Shown piece after piece: positions 7,214 to 15,391 of a stretch of 38,567 nucleotides of DNA (the stretch's first letter is position 1; each line of letters begins with the position of its first letter). The notes under the pieces are model-generated. The model was not told the origin of the DNA and did no database searches. It worked only from the letters and a program-made list of their open reading frames with translations. This DNA comes from a virus (taxonomy: Duplodnaviria > Caudoviricetes): positions 1-38,567 of IMG/VR virus record IMGVR_UViG_3300028588_000816; one strand, written 5' to 3'. Both the position numbers and the translations under genes were made by a program.

Positions 7214-7816
7214 CTACTTCTGCTTTGGCATCTTGCTCAACATTCTCTTGTACATGCCCGCAAAGCACGCATCGAAAGCAGCGCGATCATCAGTACTCAG
7301 ACTTGCTTGAAACGCAACCACGTCATCGTACTTCGATCCATTGTAGTGAAGGGAAATCTGCATAGGCTCTTGCTTGGCAATAGCCCACAAAATTTTCGCG
7401 GCCATCGATCCATCGGCTCCACCCATGGAAAAGCCTGGATCTTCTGACTTCATATACTTCGTCGGCTTTAACGTTGCCGCGTCATCCCTCTTAGCTATCC
7501 AAAACGAGTCTGGCGCAGGAAGTCTTGGCTTCATCTTTGTGATGTCCCAGCCCGAACGCCGGTCGAACGGCACATTGTACGCACCCGCCTTCATCAGACT
7601 GAAGGTGTCGTCGGCCATAGTGATACTGAAATCGTATGCAATCGACTTCTGGCTCTCTTCCATCGACGCGACGACAATACGAACGCCGCATCTTGAAAAG
7701 CCCTCAGCGTCTCGAGTAATCAGTGGCTGGAACGATACCGAATTTGCCGCCGTGACCACCTGGCACAAAGAGATTCCCGGGGTCATCAAAACTGCCAACA
7801 AAATCAATTTTTTCAA
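7214..7816 (-). CDS. Exported protein with Sec signal peptide in the immunity region (200 aa)
   Basis: GGAGG RBS, TTG start, MKKLILLAVLMTPGISLC signal; lower GC than the phage core. Confidence 0.75.
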   Translation of the reverse strand: MKKLILLAVLMTPGISLCQVVTAANSVSFQPLITRDAEGFSRCGVRIVVASMEESQKSIAYDFSITMADDTFSLMKAGAYNVPFDRRSGWDITKMKPRLPAPDSFWIAKRDDAATLKPTKYMKSEDPGFSMGGADGSMAAKILWAIAKQEPMQISLHYNGSKYDDVVAFQASLSTDDRAAFDACFAGMYKRMLSKMPKQK

Positions 7817-7858
7817 GCACTTCCTCCAAAGGTATGGCTCTGCTATATTACCGACATA

Positions 7859-7878
7859 TACTGTATGAACATACAGTA
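7859..7878. promoter_or_regulatory. LexA (SOS) box
   Basis: TACTGTATGAACATACAGTA, near-perfect palindrome with CTGT-N8-ACAG core; overlaps a TATACT -10-like hexamer. Confidence 0.9.
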
Positions 7879-7975
7879 CTTTTGACAGGACAAGCTGTCA
7901 CCCGTTTTGAATCTGTGATATTTTTATCGGGTAAATCCGTAAAGTCGAAAGCAACGCTTCAGTAAGGAGAGCAAC

Positions 7976-8167
7976 GTGGTTAGTCAGCCTTATCATCAAA
8001 TTGACGAAGAACAATTGGTCTTGAACGCGTACAGGCAGATGAGTGATGACTGCCAACGGAACACCCTGACCGCGATGCAGGCTATGGCACGCGCGTTCCC
8101 GCGCCGTGAGGCCCCGTCGCTAAGCCTTGTCTCGCAGTTGGCTGGGAAAGACCGCTTTCGGCAGTGA
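7976..8167 (+). CDS. Small protein downstream of the SOS box, candidate antirepressor (63 aa)
   Basis: AAGGAG RBS with GTG start; EEQLVLNAYRQM resembles the repressor C-terminus; converges on and overlaps the cI 3' end. Confidence 0.65.
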   Translation: MVSQPYHQIDEEQLVLNAYRQMSDDCQRNTLTAMQAMARAFPRREAPSLSLVSQLAGKDRFRQ

Positions 8168-8596
8168 GTCGACAAACACCATGGCATGTGCTCTCTCTCC
8201 TGGTGCGCAAGCGCGGAACTTGTCTAAAAGCCTCATCTCCTCTTCCGTCACCCACTGAAGATGCTGTTCCGAGTTTTGCACCACTAGGCCGATCTTCGGC
8301 ATATCCTGAGCCACTCCAGACGCCTCCCCTATCTGCTGCGCCAGTGTCGGACTAAACTCGGTCACCGACACCCCGAGGCCGCGCGCAAACGCAACAGCTG
8401 CCTTGATGTTCAGAGGGCGGTGAGCATTCAAATATTGCCACACCATGCCTTGGCTGCCGATCCCGTACTTGGCACCGAATTCCATCTGCGAAATCAGCTT
8501 ACCTTCGGCGACGGTTTCGAGCCGAGCATCAAATAACTGACGCAGGCGCTGAGCGTCGGCAATCTGCCACTCTTCCAAAACTTTTTCTTTCTTCAT
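8120..8596 (-). CDS. cI: CI-like phage repressor lacking the S24 autopeptidase domain (start 8596 or 8608)
   Basis: Lambda-CI-like HTH: RLRQLF...SQMEFGAKYGIGSQGMVWQYLNAHRPLNIKAAVAFARGLGVSVTEFSPTLA; only ~158 aa. Confidence 0.88.
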   Translation of the reverse strand: MKKEKVLEEWQIADAQRLRQLFDARLETVAEGKLISQMEFGAKYGIGSQGMVWQYLNAHRPLNIKAAVAFARGLGVSVTEFSPTLAQQIGEASGVAQDMPKIGLVVQNSEQHLQWVTEEEMRLLDKFRACAPGERAHAMVFVDSLPKAVFPSQLRDKA

Positions 8597-8632
8597 CTGC
8601 AGGAGCATAACGTTGTAGTTACTTCTATCAAC

Positions 8633-8682
8633 GAGCATTGCTACGAATAGCATTTGCACTTTTTTACTAGCTTTGCTATTGT
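8633..8682 (+). promoter_or_regulatory. pR promoter with OR operators
   Basis: TTGCAC(8654)-17-TATTGT(8677); operators GAGCATTGCTA (8633-8643) and TAGCTTTGCTA (8668-8678). Confidence 0.8.
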
Positions 8683-8689
8683 TCGGTCT

Positions 8690-8956
8690 ATGAACCTGAC
8701 CACCTACCTTCAAACTACTGGCCTCAACAAGGCGGCGTTCGCTCGGGAGATTGGCATTTCCAGCGCTCTGCTGTACCAAGTTGAGAAGGGCATCCGGATG
8801 ATGCCCCCCAAGCGCTGCCCGGCCGTCGAAAAGGCTACGGATGGGCAGGTTAGCCGCAAGGAACTGAGGCCGCTTGACTGGTCGCAGTACTGGCCTGAAC
8901 TGGCCGTTCAACCCGAACCCCAACCCGAATCCCAACCCGAATCCCAGCCGCAGTAA
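8690..8956 (+). CDS. cro: Cro/YdaS-like HTH regulator
   Basis: KAAFAREIGISSALLYQ...RCPAVEKATDGQVSRKELRPLDW..YWPEL; divergent from cI. Confidence 0.88.
   Translation: MNLTTYLQTTGLNKAAFAREIGISSALLYQVEKGIRMMPPKRCPAVEKATDGQVSRKELRPLDWSQYWPELAVQPEPQPESQPESQPQ
8908..8943 (+). repeat. 12-bp tandem repeat x3 in the cro 3' end
   Basis: CAACCCGAA(C/T)CC x3, encoding QPEP/QPES. Confidence 0.85.
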
Positions 8957-9063
8957 CCCTGCGGCATTTTTGCGCCCCAAATATTGCGCACAGGCAGTTG
9001 CCCACAGCACCTTGCCCAGCACCACCCGAAGTCCTGAACCACGACCACTAGGAGAAACAACAC

Positions 9064-9339
9064 ATGAGCACTACCACCGACGCAACCCTGATCCGTGACC
9101 TGCCCCCATTGAAGGTCCCGGTCAACCAGGCCGAGGACAGCAAGATCCGCAAGCATTGCGCGAGGATCGGCAGCCGAGTTGCGCCGTTCATCCGCGCAGC
9201 ACTGATGGAAAAGATTGATCGCGACGGCAGCAATCGTAGCTATCCGAAGCACAAAAGCGAAGGGCCATGCCGTGGCCATTCGCAGCGCTTCCCAAACCGG
9301 GCCAGTGCCGGCGGCACCTCGCGTCGTTTGCGTCTTTAA
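9064..9339 (+). CDS. CII-position regulator, possibly ribbon-helix-helix (91 aa)
   Basis: AGGAG RBS; LKVPVNQAEDSKIRKHCARIGSRVAPFIRAALME. Confidence 0.6.
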   Translation: MSTTTDATLIRDLPPLKVPVNQAEDSKIRKHCARIGSRVAPFIRAALMEKIDRDGSNRSYPKHKSEGPCRGHSQRFPNRASAGGTSRRLRL

Positions 9340-9397
9340 GGGCGATTTCAAACCGCGCGCCCTGGGATGGGCGTGCTTCGACTAACGGAAGGTCCAC

Positions 9398-9586
9398 ATG
9401 ACACAACAGGAGAACGTAGAGACGACTCCCGACGAAACGGTCGTCCGCAGGGCCAGGATCTGGCGCGATCGCGACAAGGCTGCAATCGGCGGCTGCGACC
9501 GCGCCAAGCGCGCCGAATACCGCGCGCGCCAGCAGCTGCGCGAGGCGGTCGACCTGCTGGCCGCTGGCGACGCCAGCCAGCAATAA
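9398..9586 (+). CDS. Hypothetical protein (62 aa)
   Basis: GGAAGG RBS; followed by a hairpin. Confidence 0.65.
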   Translation: MTQQENVETTPDETVVRRARIWRDRDKAAIGGCDRAKRAEYRARQQLREAVDLLAAGDASQQ

Positions 9587-9611
9587 AAAAGCCCGCGTAC
9601 GAGGCGGGCTT
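9585..9611. terminator. Intrinsic terminator-like hairpin
   Basis: AAGCCCGC-GTACGAG-GCGGGCTT preceded by an A-run (U-tract on the minus strand). Confidence 0.65.
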
Positions 9612-9748
9612 CGTCCAACCAATTTTTTCAAAGGCGAGAACATGCCTATTGTATACCAGAGTAAATCCCCCTCGGCGGCCGCACTTGAGGCCGCGCACCA
9701 CCGCGCATGCGGCGCCGCAAACGCCCTCCCCTTCGTCGAGGTATTCCC

Positions 9749-9991
9749 GTGACGGCCGCGGCGAACTGGACGCCGGTCGACCAGGGCCTGCCCGACGACG
9801 ACACCCTGGTACTGCTGGCGCTGAACGATGACGACGTGTGGCCCGGCTTCCGTGCCGGCGGCACCTGGCACTACGCCGATGCGATGCCGATCACGACTGA
9901 GCGCGTGACGCATTGGACGCACCTGCCGCCGAATCCCGCCCTGGCCGAGACGATTTCGCGCGCGAGCGCACCCACTGCAGCACCAATCTGA
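9749..9991 (+). CDS. DUF551-like phage protein
   Basis: WTPVDQGLPDDDTLVL...VTHWTHLPPNP. Confidence 0.75.
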   Translation: MTAAANWTPVDQGLPDDDTLVLLALNDDDVWPGFRAGGTWHYADAMPITTERVTHWTHLPPNPALAETISRASAPTAAPI

Positions 9992-10000
9992 AAGGGCACC

Positions 10001-10486
10001 ATGAACGACAACACCACACTCGAAGGCTTCCCCGAAAAGCGCACCGCAGCCACCGACCGCTATGACGCCCTGAACCTTGCGCTGCGCACGCCGGGCCTGA
10101 TCAGCCACCACGATGTGCTGGCTGCTGCCAAGGCGTACCAGGCGCACATCGAGGGCGAGACGGCTGCGCCAGCTCCGACACCGGCCCCGATCACCGGCGG
10201 CAGCCTCTCGTCGACTGCGGGCCTGACCTTCGGCACCGCACTCACGGCGCTGAAGACCAGCCAGCGCGTGGCGCGCGCTGGCTGGAATGGCAAGGGCATG
10301 TTCGTCTACCTGGTGCCGGCCAATGCCTACCCCGCGCAGACCGGCGCTGCCAAGGCCCACTACGGCGAGGGCGCGATGGTGCCATACAACGCCTACCTCG
10401 CGCTCAAGGGCGCCGACGACACCGTGAGCACCTGGGCGCCCAGCGGCAGCGATGCGCTGGCCGAGGACTGGCTGATCGTCGAGTAA
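10001..10486 (+). CDS. DUF2829 / Tad2-like protein (putative immune-signal sponge)
   Basis: LTFGTALTALKTSQRVARAGWNGKGMFVYL...WAPSGSDALAEDW. Confidence 0.8.
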   Translation: MNDNTTLEGFPEKRTAATDRYDALNLALRTPGLISHHDVLAAAKAYQAHIEGETAAPAPTPAPITGGSLSSTAGLTFGTALTALKTSQRVARAGWNGKGMFVYLVPANAYPAQTGAAKAHYGEGAMVPYNAYLALKGADDTVSTWAPSGSDALAEDWLIVE

Positions 10487-10521
10487 CCGTCCCCTCTCCC
10501 ACTGACATCAGGAATTCAAGC

Positions 10522-10995
10522 ATGACCACCACCACGATCAAGTATTTCGCCTTCGCCCACCTGCCGGCGCCCCTGCAGCTGGTCAGCAAACCAATCGGCG
10601 AGCTGGCCCAGCAGTTCGAGCAGCAGCTTCCGGACGGGCCCGAGAAGTCCGCCGGCATGCGCAAGCTGCTGGAGGCGAAGGACTGCTTCGTGCGCGCCGC
10701 ACTGGAAGCGCCGAAGCCGGCCGAACCCACGCCGCAACCGCCGGCAGGGCGTCCCGCGCAAGGTACCGTACCTTCGGCCTATAACCGGATGCAGCCCCAC
10801 CAGGTGCGCGTGCTCGAGGAGAAGCGCGGCCTCGACGAGCAGAAGCAAAAGCTCGAGGCATTCATGGAGACGCCCACGTTCGCCCAGCTTGAAAACGACG
10901 AACAGGGCCGCTTGCATGCCCAGCTGGCGGCGATGGCGTCCTATTCGCGCATCCTGGGTGAGCGTATTGCCGGATTTGAAGGTGCCGCCCCCTGA
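10522..10995 (+). CDS. Two-domain protein: Acb2/Tad1-like helical hairpin plus crAss001_48-like helical domain
   Basis: YFAFAHLPAPLQLVSKP...PEKSAGMRKLLEAKDCFVRA, Pro-rich linker, PHQVRVLEEK...QLAAMASYSRILGERI. Confidence 0.6.
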   Translation: MTTTTIKYFAFAHLPAPLQLVSKPIGELAQQFEQQLPDGPEKSAGMRKLLEAKDCFVRAALEAPKPAEPTPQPPAGRPAQGTVPSAYNRMQPHQVRVLEEKRGLDEQKQKLEAFMETPTFAQLENDEQGRLHAQLAAMASYSRILGERIAGFEGAAP

Positions 10996-11119
10996 CCAGC
11001 ACCCGGCCCGGCCACCGGGCCGCCACAACAACGAGACAGCGCATGCAAACGAACACCACTCTTCTGCCTGGCCCATGCGCGCCAGGCCCTGACGGCACCA
11101 CGATGGGGGCGGCCGACGA

Positions 11120-12181
11120 ATGAGCACGCCCCAGCTCGAGGACGGTTTCGTCCGGATCGCGAACGAACTGCTGGAAGCGATCCTGGGCGGCGGGTTCTCG
11201 CAGCGCGAACTGCTTGTGTTGCTTACCATCATGCGAAAGACCTACGGCTTCCAGAAGTCCGAAGATGACATGTCGGCTTCGCAAATCGGCGACATGTGCA
11301 AGCTCGCGCGGCCGCACGTCACCACCACGCTCAACCTGCTGGCCCAGCGCAACGTCATCACGAAGCGCGCGGGGCGCTTTGGCGCGATCGTGGGCATCCA
11401 GAAGGATCGCCGCAAGTGGGTGTCGCTCGACCAGACTAAACCCGCTCCTGCTAGTACCGAATCGGTACAGGGGTGTACCGAATCAGTACATGTACCGAAT
11501 CAGTACGCAGGTAGTACCGAATCGGTACAGGTCGATAGTACCGATTCGGTACACACAAAAGACAACCTTCAAAAAGAAAACCACCAAAAGAAAACATCTT
11601 GCGCTCCGCAAGCGGACCGCGACCTCGACGGCGAGACCCCAGCAGGCCAACCAGGCCGGGCCATGACGGGTACCGCCGCCCAGATCGCGGATCGCTTCGA
11701 GCGCTTCTACGCCGCCTACCCGAAGAAGCGGTCACGCGGCGTCGCCGAGAAGGCCTTTGCGAAGCTCAAGCCGAGCGAGGAGTTGCTGGCCGAAATGCTG
11801 GCTGCCCTGGCCAAGCGCGCCGAGTCGGGCACCTGGGTCGACGAGCAGTTCGTGCCCTATCCGGCAACCTGGCTGAACGCCAAGGGCTGGGCCGACGTGG
11901 TGCAGACCGAATATTCGCCCGCCGAGCTCGACGTGATCGAGAAGTTTAACGAAGCCTTGGGCGACCTGGCGGGCGTGGTATCGACGGCGATCTTCGTGCC
12001 GGCGCGTGCCGCGGCCATCCGCGACTTCGTGACGTTCTCGGACAAACCAGGTTTCGTCGATCGGTTCTTCCCATGGGTACGCAATAACGCAACGATACCG
12101 CCAAACGCCGGGTTCGACTGGCTGATCAGCCGGAAGGGATTCGACGGCGTCACTGGCGGCCAACACAGGAAAGCAGCATGA
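11120..12181 (+). CDS. Phage replication initiator (lambda O-like)
   Basis: QLEDGFVRIANELLEA...RKTYGFQK; internal iterons; FERFYAAYPKK...YPATWLN. Confidence 0.9.
   Translation: MSTPQLEDGFVRIANELLEAILGGGFSQRELLVLLTIMRKTYGFQKSEDDMSASQIGDMCKLARPHVTTTLNLLAQRNVITKRAGRFGAIVGIQKDRRKWVSLDQTKPAPASTESVQGCTESVHVPNQYAGSTESVQVDSTDSVHTKDNLQKENHQKKTSCAPQADRDLDGETPAGQPGRAMTGTAAQIADRFERFYAAYPKKRSRGVAEKAFAKLKPSEELLAEMLAALAKRAESGTWVDEQFVPYPATWLNAKGWADVVQTEYSPAELDVIEKFNEALGDLAGVVSTAIFVPARAAAIRDFVTFSDKPGFVDRFFPWVRNNATIPPNAGFDWLISRKGFDGVTGGQHRKAA
11454..11600. repeat. Replication origin: five palindromic 15-bp iterons plus an A-rich tract
   Basis: GTACCGAWTCRGTAC at 11454, 11475, 11492, 11514 and 11538, followed by an A-rich stretch. 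Confidence 0.85.
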
Positions 12182-13563
12182 CGAACCACCACAGCGCCGA
12201 CAGCGCCGCTCCCCACTCCATCGAGGCCGAGCAATCCGTCCTGGGCGCACTGCTGCGCTTCAACGACGGGTTCGACCAGGTCGGTGACCTCGACGCGAAG
12301 CACTTCTACCGCGAGGACCACCGTGTCATCTACGCCGAAATCGTGCGCATGATCGCGCGCGGCGAGCCGGCCGACGTCATGACCGTCTGGGCCAGCCTGG
12401 AAGGGCGCGGCGGCGCCATCGACGCCGGCATCCTTCCGTACCTGCAGCGCCTGACCGAGACCACGCCCAGCGCCGTCAACATCGGCCGCTACGCCAGCAT
12501 CGTGGTCGACCGTGCACTGCGCCGAGCGACGATGTACGTCGCCGACACCATCAATGGCCTGGCCGCCAACCCGAAGGGCAAGACCGCGGACGAGGTGCTG
12601 GACGCGGTACAGTCGCTGGTCACGTCCCTGGCCGAGCGCCGGGTGCGCAACGAGCCGAAGATGTTGCGCGAGGTGCTGGCCGGCTTCATCGACGGCATCA
12701 CCAGGCGCGCCGAAGGCACTGAAAACGCCATCCCGACCGGCATCCCGGGTATCGACCGGCTGCTGACCGGCGGCGGCTTCCGCCCGGGGCAGCTGATCAT
12801 CGTCGCCGGCCGGCCATCGATGGGCAAAAGCGCGCTGACCACGGACATCGGCCTGAACATGGCGGTCGACCACGGCGTGCTCGAATTCAGCATGGAAATG
12901 GAAAGCCAGGAGATCGCCGGGCGCGCGCTGGCCAACCGCGGCCGCGTCGACCTGGGGAAGGTCATGGGCACGATTCCCGACGACGACGAGCTGGCCTGGG
13001 CCGGCGTGAGCACAGGCTGCATCAAGATCGACGCGCTGCGCTTCGGCCTCGACGAAACGCCCGCGATCTCGTTGCTCGAGCTGCGCATGAAGGCCAAGGC
13101 CTGGAAACGCAAGCACGGCCTGCACGTGATCATCGTCGACTACCTCGGTCTGATGTCGGGCGGCGAGGGAGAAAAGCGACACGAGCAGATCGGCTATTAC
13201 TCGCGCGGCCTGAAGGCGCTGGCCAAGGAACTGGGCGTGGCCGTGATCGCGCTGGCGCAGCTGAACCGCAAGGTCGAGGAACGCCCCGACCGGCGCCCGG
13301 TGCTGTCGGACCTGCGCGACTCGGGCGAGATCGAGCAGGACGCGGACATCGTGATGCTGGTGCACCGGCCCGAGATGTACGACCCGGAAAACCCGGACCT
13401 GCGCGGCTACGCCGAGATCCTGCTGCGCAAGCAGCGCGGCGGTGGCCTGGGCGATATCCCGCTCCGGTTCGATGGCCCGACGTGCTCGTTTTCGGACTGG
13501 AGCGGACGCGCCCCGGCCGCGGCGCCGGGCAAGGGCCGCAACTCGTCGAGGTTCGACGGATGA
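12178..13563 (+). CDS. dnaB: Replicative DNA helicase, DnaB family
   Basis: PHSIEAEQSVLG, AGRPSMGKS, IVDYLGL, LAQLNR, SDLRDSGEIEQDAD. Confidence 0.95.
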   Translation: MTNHHSADSAAPHSIEAEQSVLGALLRFNDGFDQVGDLDAKHFYREDHRVIYAEIVRMIARGEPADVMTVWASLEGRGGAIDAGILPYLQRLTETTPSAVNIGRYASIVVDRALRRATMYVADTINGLAANPKGKTADEVLDAVQSLVTSLAERRVRNEPKMLREVLAGFIDGITRRAEGTENAIPTGIPGIDRLLTGGGFRPGQLIIVAGRPSMGKSALTTDIGLNMAVDHGVLEFSMEMESQEIAGRALANRGRVDLGKVMGTIPDDDELAWAGVSTGCIKIDALRFGLDETPAISLLELRMKAKAWKRKHGLHVIIVDYLGLMSGGEGEKRHEQIGYYSRGLKALAKELGVAVIALAQLNRKVEERPDRRPVLSDLRDSGEIEQDADIVMLVHRPEMYDPENPDLRGYAEILLRKQRGGGLGDIPLRFDGPTCSFSDWSGRAPAAAPGKGRNSSRFDG

Positions 13564-14615
13564 GCGCGACCATCTTCAAGAAGGGCCGGATCTGGCACTA
13601 CCGCTTCCAGGTGGGCAAGGTGCGCGTGCAGCGCAGCACCCGGTCGACCAGCAAGACGGCTGCCGGCGAGATCGCCAAGCGCGAGTTCGACGCCGCGGTG
13701 GTGCGCGCCAACGGCGGCCAGCCGGTACCGATGCTCGACCAGCTGGCCGCAGCGTGGGTAGTTGTCCACAGGCCGGTGGCCAGCAGCGCGCACATCCGCA
13801 GCGTCGAGACCTTCCGCCGGCTGCACATGTACGACCTGGGCAACGTGCCGATCGGCGACATCACCACCGAGCAGGTCGAGCTGGCGCGCATCAAGCACCT
13901 GGAGACGCACAAGCCGGCCAGCGCAAACCACTGGCTGCGGATCCTGAAGCTGCTGACCCTCTGGGCGGTGAAGCGCAAGATCCTGCCGGCGGCGCCCTGG
14001 AAGGTATCGATGCTCAAGGTGCAGAAGCGGCCGCGCGCGGTGCTGCCGCTGGACGTGGCCCGGGCCTGGTTCGATGCCGTCGACGAGACCACCAGGCGCG
14101 CGCCGGCGATCGCCACCGCGGTGCGCCTGATGTTCGGCCTGGGCCTGCGCGAGGGTGAATCGCTCACCGCGCGCTGGGAATGGATCGACTGGGAGCGGCA
14201 GACCTACACGCCCGGCATCACCAAGGGCCGGGAGGCCGAGCCGGTACCGATGCCGGCCTGGCTGCGCGAGCACCTGGCGCCTTCGCGCCGCCCCGAGGGC
14301 CTGATCGTGGCCAAGCCGAGCGGCGAGCCCTTCGCGCCCGGGTTCGCGCGCCGGGCCTTGTGGCAGGCCAACCGGGCGTGCTCGATCAAGGGCATCACGC
14401 CGCACCGCCTGCGCGGCACGTTCGCCACGCTGCTGTCCGAGTCGGGCGTGCCGATCCAGACCATCCAGAAGGTGATGCGTCACAAAAATTTCGCCACGAC
14501 AGTCGGCTACCTCGAGAAGAACCTCGACCTGGCGGTGCGCGCGGCGGACGTGATTGGCGAAAAAGCGGGATTCGGTGGCGCGAAAGTGGCGCGCACTACG
14601 GAACACAGCCTTTAG
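13560..14615 (+). CDS. Second tyrosine recombinase (351 aa)
   Basis: GLREGE (R), ITKGR (K), PHRLRGTFAT (HxxR), MRHK (H), VGY (Y); ATGA overlap with dnaB. Confidence 0.88.
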   Translation: MSATIFKKGRIWHYRFQVGKVRVQRSTRSTSKTAAGEIAKREFDAAVVRANGGQPVPMLDQLAAAWVVVHRPVASSAHIRSVETFRRLHMYDLGNVPIGDITTEQVELARIKHLETHKPASANHWLRILKLLTLWAVKRKILPAAPWKVSMLKVQKRPRAVLPLDVARAWFDAVDETTRRAPAIATAVRLMFGLGLREGESLTARWEWIDWERQTYTPGITKGREAEPVPMPAWLREHLAPSRRPEGLIVAKPSGEPFAPGFARRALWQANRACSIKGITPHRLRGTFATLLSESGVPIQTIQKVMRHKNFATTVGYLEKNLDLAVRAADVIGEKAGFGGAKVARTTEHSL

Positions 14616-14705
14616 GTAAAGGCGATGCAAATGATTAATGATCATCGGGAATATACCCAGCCAGGCGCCGGGCAGGCTGAGCAACATAACTAAGGGAGAA
14701 ACGGC

Positions 14706-14891
14706 ATGAACATCATCCTCGGCATTATTTTCGGCACGCTAGTCACGCTGGCCGGCATCCATGGCGGCCGCGCCGCAGTCGAGCGCTGGCACCTGGGCAC
14801 TTTGGGTGCCCTATCCCTCGGGTGGCTTCTCGGCATGGTCTTCGTGCTTCTGCTGCTGGGCGCGGCCCTCTACGCGAGGGTCCTGCCTTGA
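14706..14891 (+). CDS. Small membrane protein with two TM segments (61 aa)
   Basis: GGGAG RBS; two hydrophobic stretches. Confidence 0.7.
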   Translation: MNIILGIIFGTLVTLAGIHGGRAAVERWHLGTLGALSLGWLLGMVFVLLLLGAALYARVLP

Positions 14892-15391
14892 CCGACCGCC
14901 GCACCACGATCAGCCTGAACTGGCGCCCGGCAGGCGCGCCGGCACGGCGTCACGACGATTTCGCCGAGGTCCCCTACGTGAAGCCGCAGCCGCGGCGGCG
15001 CGACGATACCGCGCATCCGGACATGGGCGAGATCGACCAGCGCCTCAAGAACTGGGGCCGCTGGGCCAACGCCGACTACCGCCGCATCAACCGCACCGCG
15101 ACCGCGGCGTTCTGCGATCGGCTGCGGCGCGAGGCCGGCCTGCACCAGGATCAAAGCAACGAGCGCCGCCAGCTGGACGACGACGACGCCTACCGAATCG
15201 AGCGCGCACTGGATCCGCTGCGCGGCACGCAAAAGGCCATCTTGCGCATGCACTACGTCGACGGCCGCGCTTGGCAGGCGATTTGCCGCGTGCTCCAGTT
15301 CCCCGTCAAGCGGGATCTTTTCGACAGCCTGCTGGTGAGCGCCCAAGTCGCGATAGAATCCGTGGTCGAAAACACCATGGAGAAGAAATGA
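14888..15391 (+). CDS. Late antiterminator Q-like protein (start uncertain)
   Basis: IDQRLKNWGRWA...DDDDAYRIERAL...ILRMHYV...AICRVL; upstream of the late promoter. Confidence 0.7.
   Translation: MTDRRTTISLNWRPAGAPARRHDDFAEVPYVKPQPRRRDDTAHPDMGEIDQRLKNWGRWANADYRRINRTATAAFCDRLRREAGLHQDQSNERRQLDDDDAYRIERALDPLRGTQKAILRMHYVDGRAWQAICRVLQFPVKRDLFDSLLVSAQVAIESVVENTMEKK

Noticed and set aside
8597-9025. 301-aa version of the repressor ORF (8120-9025)
   Set aside because: The extension overlaps cro and the pR/OR region; the HTH begins near 8596-8608.
11454-11552. Palindromic repeats as a mini-CRISPR
   Set aside because: Spacers are only 2-9 nt and the repeats lie inside the replication initiator gene, which fits iterons.
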